DNA of 64,000 bases from Giardia intestinalis (lineage: Eukaryota). The first letter of the stretch is position 1; the number at the start of each line of letters is the position of its first letter. A model generated the notes under the pieces. The model had not been told where the DNA came from, searched no databases, and saw only the letters and a program-made list of their open reading frames with translations. Positions 31,734 to 39,085 of this stretch are shown here, piece by piece. The stretch is taken from NCBI GenBank assembly GCA_000002435.2, contig CM018793.1. One strand, given 5' to 3'. A program made the translations under genes and the position numbers.

Positions 31734-32489
31734 TCACGAAAACCTGGTGTTGCAGAAATTATTACGATGCTTCCTGGCGGCAGATCGACTGAGGACTCGG
31801 CGCCCAGCAAGCCAGATATGGCGTGTGTTAAGCTTGTATAGTTTCTTGCACTGCTCTATTGTGTGCAGCACGGGTTGGACTCTGCCACCGGATGACAGCA
31901 GAATTGGTTTGTTTCTTATGCATCTGTTCAAGTGAAAGGCGTGGTATACATTCCCAGAAACGTCGTCCTCCAATACCAGCTCCACGGTTAGCCCACTGTC
32001 ATATAATTCACGGAGTAACGAATGGGAGTAGCGTATCTTCGCTCCTGCTGCTATCTGCACTACATCTATGGGAAGCCTCACTGCCTGTCTTATTTGATCA
32101 TCGGTGTGCACCCTTACACCTATGATATCGTATGCTTGGATCTCTGGCGAGCTGTGCCTCCCCTGCAGCTGAGTGCAATTTGCGTCTAATGTAACGCGAG
32201 ACAGAATGGTCAATTGTCGTCCAGAAAGCTGATGAGATACATGCAATGGCGTCTTTCCGTCTGCGCACTGGTACTCAGATAGCATTTCTGCGGGGCCATT
32301 GAAGGTAGCTGTGCTAGCATAGTAGTCTATTTTTGGACACATTTTTAGGTCTGCAAGGGCTTTCACATAATGTTCTACAGCACAGTAGGTGTATCCCATT
32401 GTGTGCAATCGTTCTAGCGAGCTGGAGACGTCTTCAGAGCACCTTATGCATAAGTCCATGGTTTCGGTTAAAAGGCCAATAAAAATCAT
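31734..32489 (-). CDS. RPP30: RNase P/MRP protein subunit p30 (Rpp30/Rpp1)
   Basis: Several blocks align with human RPP30. 'DLCIRCSEDVSSSLERLHTMGYTYCAVEH' matches 'DLDLRAG...LVETAAHLGYSVVAINH'. 'YDIIGVRVHTDDQIRQAVRLPIDVVQI' matches 'YDVVAVFPKTEKLFHIACTHLDVDLVCI'. 'GLTVELVLEDDV' matches 'GLAFELVYSPAI', and 'ILLSSGGRVQP' matches 'VIISSAAERPLE'. The 251-aa length fits. Confidence 0.55.
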   Translation of the reverse strand: MIFIGLLTETMDLCIRCSEDVSSSLERLHTMGYTYCAVEHYVKALADLKMCPKIDYYASTATFNGPAEMLSEYQCADGKTPLHVSHQLSGRQLTILSRVTLDANCTQLQGRHSSPEIQAYDIIGVRVHTDDQIRQAVRLPIDVVQIAAGAKIRYSHSLLRELYDSGLTVELVLEDDVSGNVYHAFHLNRCIRNKPILLSSGGRVQPVLHTIEQCKKLYKLNTRHIWLAGRRVLSRSAARKHRNNFCNTRFS

Positions 32490-32519
32490 AAAATTGCCTG
32501 TCTTGTTGGAGCAGAGGCA

Positions 32520-32933
32520 ATGACACGCTCCATTTGCTTTCTCGGTGCAAGCCCCGCCGTTGTCAAGCGACTAGAAGATACTCTCAAAGAACATTCTATT
32601 TCGGGACAAGTTGCGCTCCTAACAGATACACCGCGGCTTCTACAAGGTAAGGTCTTCTTGTGTGTTACACTTGCGGATGTATTTGCGTTGCGGCAGACTT
32701 GCGAATGTATATCGGACCCAATGGTGTTGACAGCTCTCTGTCTCTCTGACTTCGATACCCTTGCACAGGAGTTTCCGTCTAGAGAGACGTTTGAGCTCCT
32801 GTCGCTGCACATAGATTCAGATGGGGAGTTAGACATAAGTGGATTTATCAAAGAAGCAAACAGTCGTTTGGGCCATCGGATTCTCTGTGACACCATTGCA
32901 ACCCAAGGGCTCCTCAGGCGGGCAGTTCGCTGA
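32520..32933 (+). CDS. Hypothetical small protein (137 aa). The coding strand is ambiguous because of an overlapping minus-strand ORF at 32486..32896
   Basis: The ORF starts with an ATG and is divergent from Rpp30, 30 bp from its start. Its composition is balanced and globular-looking. The competing minus-strand ORF is S/R-rich and less protein-like. Confidence 0.3.
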   Translation: MTRSICFLGASPAVVKRLEDTLKEHSISGQVALLTDTPRLLQGKVFLCVTLADVFALRQTCECISDPMVLTALCLSDFDTLAQEFPSRETFELLSLHIDSDGELDISGFIKEANSRLGHRILCDTIATQGLLRRAVR

Positions 32934-32988
32934 ACCTAAAGAAATTGGGAGGGCTGGGGAAAAGCAAGTAAATAAAGCAGGTAAATCC

Positions 32989-33747
32989 ATGAATGAAACG
33001 GCGTGGTTTAGAGCTGCAACGAAGGGGAACCTTTACATCCTCAAGGAGAGCGTTGTGCAATGGAGGGGGCTTCAAGACACGGATGGGAACAGCGCTATCC
33101 ACTATGCAGCAAAGGCCAACCGGCTTGATGCAGTGAAGTACCTGGCCCCCATGGAGCTTATGATCCGTAACAGACAAGGCCAGACCCCGCTTGATGTAGC
33201 ACGCGAAGCCGGCAGCAAGGAGGTCGCGGCGTTTTTGCGTGATGCAATGAGTGAAACATCCCCTATCAGAATGCAATTTGATTCTCCAATCTGGTTCACG
33301 GCAGCAGCAAACGGAGAGCTCTCCGTTCTCCAAGAAAATCTACGCCGCTTCAAGGGGTATAAAGCACCTGATGGGGAATGGAGGGGGCACACAGCTCTCA
33401 TGATCACGGCAGTGACTGGTAACTTGGCCGCTGCACAGCTCCTGACTACTGTAGAGGCTGGGATAAGTGGACCAGATGGGAAAACGGCTCTAATGCTTGC
33501 CTGTGAGGCCAATTATCCAGAAATAGCTGCTCTTCTGATTCCCCTAGAGGCAGGCCTGGTGGACCACTACGGCTGGTTCGCGCTTCTCTATGCAATAGAC
33601 GGCGCCTGCATAAAGGCTATTCCACCTCTGTATCCCATTGAAGGCAAGATGCGCAACGAGTTTGGTTTATCGGTCTTAGACATAGCCAGGCAGTACAAGC
33701 AAAATGAGGCAACAAAGATTCTAGAAGAGCTGGCCAAAACAAACTGA
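32989..33747 (+). CDS. Ankyrin-repeat protein (about 253 aa from the ATG at 32989, and the open frame extends upstream to 32839)
   Basis: Consecutive ankyrin repeats are present: DGNSAIHYAAKANRLDAVKYL, QGQTPLDVAREAGSKEVAAFL, RGHTALMITAVTGNLAAAQLL and DGKTALMLACEANYPEIAALL. The start is uncertain. Confidence 0.7.
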   Translation: MNETAWFRAATKGNLYILKESVVQWRGLQDTDGNSAIHYAAKANRLDAVKYLAPMELMIRNRQGQTPLDVAREAGSKEVAAFLRDAMSETSPIRMQFDSPIWFTAAANGELSVLQENLRRFKGYKAPDGEWRGHTALMITAVTGNLAAAQLLTTVEAGISGPDGKTALMLACEANYPEIAALLIPLEAGLVDHYGWFALLYAIDGACIKAIPPLYPIEGKMRNEFGLSVLDIARQYKQNEATKILEELAKTN

Positions 33748-33771
33748 CCAATCACTGGTGCAAATTTACCT

Positions 33772-36700
33772 TTACACGTTCATAATGGAGCCAGTTCCTT
33801 TCTGATATTCGAACGTCCTAATGGTGCTCAGCAGCTTGTATTCGTCCAGATCTATTAAGTCTATCAACCCAAGCATGCCAGGGATATAAGGAGTATCGTC
33901 ATTCAGGGGCATATTTATGAACTCTAGCACAGCTCTGCTGAAGCAGAGGATGGGAGACGCGTTTGCACTATTGTCCAAGTCTTCCAAAAAGCGTTTAGTA
34001 TGGTCGTTCAGTTGAATTTCACGCCCGAATATATCAGACAACTGTTTAACAAGATCTAGGCCGATTAGGTACTTATGTTTACCAGCGGGCGATTTTCTTT
34101 CACCGGTTTCATTGAAGACACACAGTGCTGCTATGTACTTTTCTAATACTAAGGAAATGGCTATGAAAATAGAGCAGAAGGTATCTTGTTTTTCAGTAGT
34201 ATCTAGGTATAGCCTATAAAAGTGCTGGTCAAAGCGGCAAAGCTCGAAAACAAACGCACCAGAATCCTTCTTAGATTGATAAAATATGCAATCTACATAA
34301 TCATTAATTATAACATAAAGTAGAAAAGTAGTAAGTGGTCCATTGTGGAGGTATGCTCCATTGGCTATTTTCGTCTGGCACCCTATACTCGGCATACCGG
34401 CCACAAGACTACCTGACGGAATGGATAGATAATAAATCAGCGACCCCGTTTGGTCAAATGTCAAACTTTGGAAATCAGTGGTATGCTTGCTGGCAACTAG
34501 ATCTAAGGACACTGAAGAATCATATGGACAGTAGTTATAAATAGACTCCCATGGTCGCCGAATGATGTTATTGATGTTCCCAAGATTGACAGCGATTGCC
34601 CTGGCGGATACTTTACATGAATTGGCTGATATTGTGCTATACCCAGCCAAGTTAACAGTGACTTTGTCAGTAACCCCATACTTCTCGGTAAACTCGTTAA
34701 AGAAGAAATGTTGTGGTACATAATTTTTAGAAAAGTATTTCAAATAGATTGATTTCTTCAGTAACTTCTCAAGAACAGAATTAAGCTTCTTGAGCATAGG
34801 TGGAAAGATGGCTTTGTGACGCATATCAAAGTATGCTGCAATTTCAGATCCAGGTTTGTCCATGGCTGTCAGGATGTCTGCAAGCGCACAGAGTTTAAAG
34901 TATGCTTTATCATAGCGCTCCACTTCCCGGAGTATCACAGAAAGCGTTGACGCTATGCACCCTTTATCTTCTGCGCATTTTTTCCAACAGCTTTTAGAGT
35001 TGCTGTTGCTGTTGCTGTTGCTGTTCTGGCAATTCTGGCTTTCCTCAGTTTCATTATAACAATAACCATAGGATTGTAATGCACTGACAAGCTCGGTATT
35101 ACTCAAGGGGTAGATGGTCTCTATGAGAAGCTGCTCGTGGCTTGAAGGCTCAGACAGGAGACCAACTTTGGCCAATTTGGAGCGGCAAGAGATAATTTCT
35201 AGCTCAAGCTGTCTCAGGGAGTATGGCGAGAGACAACGCACTAAGCACCACCTGGCCTCCTCGGGTGTTGGATGCTCTGTAGGGACGGGGAAGCGCTCTC
35301 TCCAAAGTGCCAGTATTATTGCAGAAGCAGCCCCATCTGAACACCCATCAAGGGTATACATAGATGGATTGGTGCGGAAAAGGGTGATAGCGGTAAGGTC
35401 ATTAAAGTTCTCCTGATCATAGTCTTCTAACGGAATATCCTTTGGCATCAGATGAGAATAGAAAGATACCTTATCATGAAACTCTACAAAAAAGCTCGGA
35501 CAAATGATGGCTGTGAGAAGCAGAAGTGCCCTGCTTGTTACTGAATCCTTAAGTTTGCTTTTAGAAAGTCTCATCTCTAAATCAGAAATAAATATAGAAT
35601 GATTAATGGCATTGAATGAGAAAACAGCCATACCAGTATACGGAAGTCCCAGCATGAAGTGCCAATAATAACCGAGTGCTTTGTCTAGAGAGTACTTCAT
35701 AATTAGCGGAAGGATTGCTCGCTCGCTAACACCATAATGTTTAGAATTTTTAATCATAGCGACTGTGTCAGGAGGAAGCACATTGGTGCCTTGAGCTTCA
35801 TCGGTTTTCAGCTCATCCTGTGCATTTTCGGTAGGCTCGTCGATGGGCATATTACTTGACTGCTCTTCTGGTTCAATGGAGGACTGCTCTCTATCTTCGG
35901 AGTGATCCTCGGGCTTTTCATCTGCATTTGAATTATCAGCGGAGCAGCGATAGTACTGCGCGAAATACTCATGTGTCAGTTGTATGGGATGATCCTTCCT
36001 ATTACTGATTGTTGTGTCGTACTGAATGACCAAGGAAGAAGCAAGAAGAGAGCGCAGGATGTAGAATATATCCATAACTGTGAAGCGATTGGACGTCAGC
36101 AGAAGCTCGTTGATCAAGGATGAAAGGATAGACCCGGATGACTCCTCTTCGTCCTCCAAGTCGGTAGCGCCAAGAAACGAGAGCAAAACTAGGTATGGCA
36201 AACTGTCCAGCTCGGTCTCCCTAGCATAGCAAGGACTAAGGTATTGAAATGCGTCCATGGGGATCACTGAGTGGTACTCTCCAGGACGCACTCGCCCTAC
36301 CCTGCCCTTCCGTTGAATCATGGACTCGATAGACGTCAAAGTGGTTACAAGTTTCTTCCTGCCAGAATGCAGTGTAAATTGCCTGGTAAGACCTGTGTCT
36401 ATTACATAGTATAGAGTGGGAAGCGTAAGGGAGGTCTCACAAAGATTTGTTGCCAACAAAATGTTGGGCACGGCCTGACTCTTATTCATGGCTGCCAAGG
36501 AGTCTAACTTGTACTCCTCGCTGCACACCGAATGGACAACTAAAATATTATATGCATGCTTATTAATGTTCCGGTTTCTTGCCCAAGCCGTCGCTATATT
36601 ATCAAAGATAGTTATAAAGTCTGTGATGGCGACAATTCCAGGCAGAAATACAATAATATCTCCTCCTCCCCAATTAATGAGTATGTTAAGAAGGATAGAA

Positions 36701-37521
36701 GCTGCTGCTTTAAGGTATGGTCTGTGGTTGAAAATAGCCGAAGATTGTGCATCACGTATAATAGCAGTTATCTTGAGGTTATTGTGGTGTCCAGCTTTCC
36801 TCTTACCTTTGTCACCCATGTCGGCATAAAACTCTTTGACGGGGAAGTTGCCTTGTTGCGCATCAAATCTAGTGCCCGCAATCGCAAAGTGATAGAAGTT
36901 GGGGAAGATTGTCCGCAGAACAAGAGGGTCCTTTGTTGCCGACATAAGCACAAGTTTAAAATTGTATCGCTGTTGGGCGATTTTGCAGATAGCCTTAAGC
37001 TGCTCTATTTGCGGTGACTCCTCGTGAATCTCGTCCAGTATAATGAAATCAAATTCATCTGGACGAGAAACAATACGATTAAAAGCTGCGCCAGCCGTTG
37101 CAATCAGAAGCTGTGTTCTATTGTCAGAGATGTTGCAGCGCCCCATAAAGAAACCGACATCCTCACCGATGGTTGTACCAAGTAAGGACGCTATGTAGTG
37201 AGCTAGGCGTTCAGTAGGAAGTCTGCGAGGCTGGACCAGCAGTATGCGTGAGTCCGGAAAAGCGTATCGGATTGCTATCGGCACCTGAGTGGACTTCCCG
37301 CATCCAGTGGGCCCTGTGACAAGCACAGTGGAAGAAGATCTCAATACGCTAAGAAACTCAGGTATCCACGAAGTATCCAGTTTGAAGGAGGAGCTAAGAG
37401 AAACGTCTGCTAGGCGGGTCGATGCCGTTGTGTTTGGGACTGCCGCACTTCGCTGCTTATTCCGTGCTTGACCCCGTGGCTGAATATGTATCTCTATCTG
37501 CTTTTTCGATTTGGGAGCCAT
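33772..37521 (-). CDS. DEAH/DExH-box RNA helicase (1249 aa) with a long C-terminal extension
   Basis: Motif I is GPTGCGKSTQ, motif II is ILDEIHE, motif III is SAT and motif VI is QRKGRVGRV. A helicase-associated region follows. The gene contains an in-frame NSNSNSNSNSKS repeat. Confidence 0.85.
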   Translation of the reverse strand: MAPKSKKQIEIHIQPRGQARNKQRSAAVPNTTASTRLADVSLSSSFKLDTSWIPEFLSVLRSSSTVLVTGPTGCGKSTQVPIAIRYAFPDSRILLVQPRRLPTERLAHYIASLLGTTIGEDVGFFMGRCNISDNRTQLLIATAGAAFNRIVSRPDEFDFIILDEIHEESPQIEQLKAICKIAQQRYNFKLVLMSATKDPLVLRTIFPNFYHFAIAGTRFDAQQGNFPVKEFYADMGDKGKRKAGHHNNLKITAIIRDAQSSAIFNHRPYLKAAASILLNILINWGGGDIIVFLPGIVAITDFITIFDNIATAWARNRNINKHAYNILVVHSVCSEEYKLDSLAAMNKSQAVPNILLATNLCETSLTLPTLYYVIDTGLTRQFTLHSGRKKLVTTLTSIESMIQRKGRVGRVRPGEYHSVIPMDAFQYLSPCYARETELDSLPYLVLLSFLGATDLEDEEESSGSILSSLINELLLTSNRFTVMDIFYILRSLLASSLVIQYDTTISNRKDHPIQLTHEYFAQYYRCSADNSNADEKPEDHSEDREQSSIEPEEQSSNMPIDEPTENAQDELKTDEAQGTNVLPPDTVAMIKNSKHYGVSERAILPLIMKYSLDKALGYYWHFMLGLPYTGMAVFSFNAINHSIFISDLEMRLSKSKLKDSVTSRALLLLTAIICPSFFVEFHDKVSFYSHLMPKDIPLEDYDQENFNDLTAITLFRTNPSMYTLDGCSDGAASAIILALWRERFPVPTEHPTPEEARWCLVRCLSPYSLRQLELEIISCRSKLAKVGLLSEPSSHEQLLIETIYPLSNTELVSALQSYGYCYNETEESQNCQNSNSNSNSNSKSCWKKCAEDKGCIASTLSVILREVERYDKAYFKLCALADILTAMDKPGSEIAAYFDMRHKAIFPPMLKKLNSVLEKLLKKSIYLKYFSKNYVPQHFFFNEFTEKYGVTDKVTVNLAGYSTISANSCKVSARAIAVNLGNINNIIRRPWESIYNYCPYDSSVSLDLVASKHTTDFQSLTFDQTGSLIYYLSIPSGSLVAGMPSIGCQTKIANGAYLHNGPLTTFLLYVIINDYVDCIFYQSKKDSGAFVFELCRFDQHFYRLYLDTTEKQDTFCSIFIAISLVLEKYIAALCVFNETGERKSPAGKHKYLIGLDLVKQLSDIFGREIQLNDHTKRFLEDLDNSANASPILCFSRAVLEFINMPLNDDTPYIPGMLGLIDLIDLDEYKLLSTIRTFEYQKGTGSIMNV
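34996..35027 (-). repeat. (GCTGTT)n hexanucleotide microsatellite inside the helicase CDS, encoding (Asn-Ser)n
   Basis: The plus strand reads 'gttgctgttgctgttgctgttgctgtt', about 4.5 units. On the minus strand it is read as AACAGC repeats, giving NSNSNSNSNS. Confidence 0.8.
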
Positions 37522-37681
37522 CGGCGTTTTAAATCAGCCGATCTTTTTTAGGATTGACTTTTTTTGGATTATCACAAGCAAGCCTAATACGACAATTTAA
37601 AATAAAACTTAAAAAAGTGAGACTAAGAGACATACATCTTAAAAACCTTCCTAGTTACTTAAAGCAAAACGATAAGAGACA

Positions 37682-39016
37682 ATGGCACTGTCTTCACGCC
37701 CAAATACCGCCCGCCGAAGCTCCGCAAGGTCTGGTGCTTTGGGGCCAGACACGTCAACGCAAAATCTTGAGGAGGGGCACATCAATCCGGGGCCCAACGA
37801 AGTTCTCGGTGGCCGCTATGCCATATTTGCTAGGCTCGGCCACGGAACGTTTGGGCGTGTCTATGCGTGCTATGATAAGTCTCGCGACGATACAGAGGTC
37901 GCCGTTAAGGTCATTCGCGCCATAGACAGATACACGGCGGCGGGAAAAGCCGAGGAGGCAGTGCTGAATAAAATTAAGCAGGCAGCGAAAAAAGCCCAGC
38001 ATACAGGCTACTCGTCTAGCCTAATGAATAGCTATTATGCAAAGCTTTGTTGGAATAATTGCAATCTAGCATACTTGGAAAGGAGCTTCCAGCATAACAA
38101 TCACATTTGCCTTGTCTTTCCGAAATATGGCATCAGCCTCCTTGATCTACTTAAAGCAAATAATTTTCGAGGATTCAATATTGACTGGACGCGGGAACTC
38201 AGCCGTAGCTTCATGGTTGGTGTGGGGTTTCTTCATGACCTCGGATATATACACACAGACATTAAGCTGGAGAATATCCTTTCGCGAGAGAAGCCCCGCG
38301 CCACCCGTGTGCGTGATCGGATATTTGTGCATCCCTCTGGTGCAGAGCTTGTGTTGATTGACCTGGGGTCGAGTGTTAGATTAAGTGACCACAGACGTCC
38401 ATCCCTTGTCTGCACCCGACAGTATAGACCCCCGGAGGCATATCTTGGCTTACCCTTCGATCAGACTTTGGACATCTGGTCTTGCGGATGCGTGATCTTC
38501 GAGATCCTGACTGGACGCACTCTTTTTCGTACTCACAATTCTGTCGTTCATCTATGTATGATGGAGAGGCTCCTGGGTCCTATGCCCGATACGGTTATTG
38601 AGCAGATGGACATTTATAACTCTAAATACCAGGAGTTCTTCTGTAGAACAAAGAAGTCGTGGTCTCTTCCTACCGACCTCGATCCTCAGGAGCGAAGGCA
38701 CTACGAGGAGCTCCTTCCTCTTGAGCGTGAGATTGACAAATATGGATACGGGTATCATACGTCTCTTATTCACTTGTTGAGAGTGATGCTCAGTTGGGAC
38801 GCGCGCAAGAGGTTCTCCGTACCGGAGTGCATGGCACACCCCTTCTTCGAGGAAGAGCCCCGTGAATCTAAACAGACACAGACGTCGGGGAGGAATCTTG
38901 CTAACGATCAGAACATGGGGACTTTGATGCGTGACCTTTTGTCGGCAATCGATAGAACCCATCCCCGCTACAATGATCTAAAGAATGCAGTCGATATTGC
39001 TTTCGGGATAAATTAA
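37682..39016 (+). CDS. LAMMER/CLK-family dual-specificity protein kinase (CMGC group)
   Basis: It has the Gly loop LGHGTFGRV, the VAVK lysine, the catalytic loop HTDIKLENIL, and DLGS. The signature is 'DIWSCGCVIFEILTGRTLFRTHNSVVHLCMMERLLGPMP', matching human CLK1 '[39 protein letters not shown]'. Confidence 0.85.
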   Translation: MALSSRPNTARRSSARSGALGPDTSTQNLEEGHINPGPNEVLGGRYAIFARLGHGTFGRVYACYDKSRDDTEVAVKVIRAIDRYTAAGKAEEAVLNKIKQAAKKAQHTGYSSSLMNSYYAKLCWNNCNLAYLERSFQHNNHICLVFPKYGISLLDLLKANNFRGFNIDWTRELSRSFMVGVGFLHDLGYIHTDIKLENILSREKPRATRVRDRIFVHPSGAELVLIDLGSSVRLSDHRRPSLVCTRQYRPPEAYLGLPFDQTLDIWSCGCVIFEILTGRTLFRTHNSVVHLCMMERLLGPMPDTVIEQMDIYNSKYQEFFCRTKKSWSLPTDLDPQERRHYEELLPLEREIDKYGYGYHTSLIHLLRVMLSWDARKRFSVPECMAHPFFEEEPRESKQTQTSGRNLANDQNMGTLMRDLLSAIDRTHPRYNDLKNAVDIAFGIN

Positions 39017-39085
39017 GAAGTTTGCTTGTCACGCTTGTCGGAGGCGTTCAGAAGTGGTACTGGCATTAGTGGTGGTGCCATTCCG

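Noticed and set aside
32486-32896. 136-aa minus-strand ORF overlapping the Rpp30 start by ATGA
   Set aside because: It is Ser/Arg-rich and low-complexity. The overlapping plus-strand ORF looks more globular. I kept it as an ambiguity in the findings rather than a feature.
36488-37017. 113-aa and 153-aa plus-strand ORFs inside the DEAH helicase gene
   Set aside because: They are antisense to the helicase motif region, which has motifs I-VI in order. They are chance ORFs.
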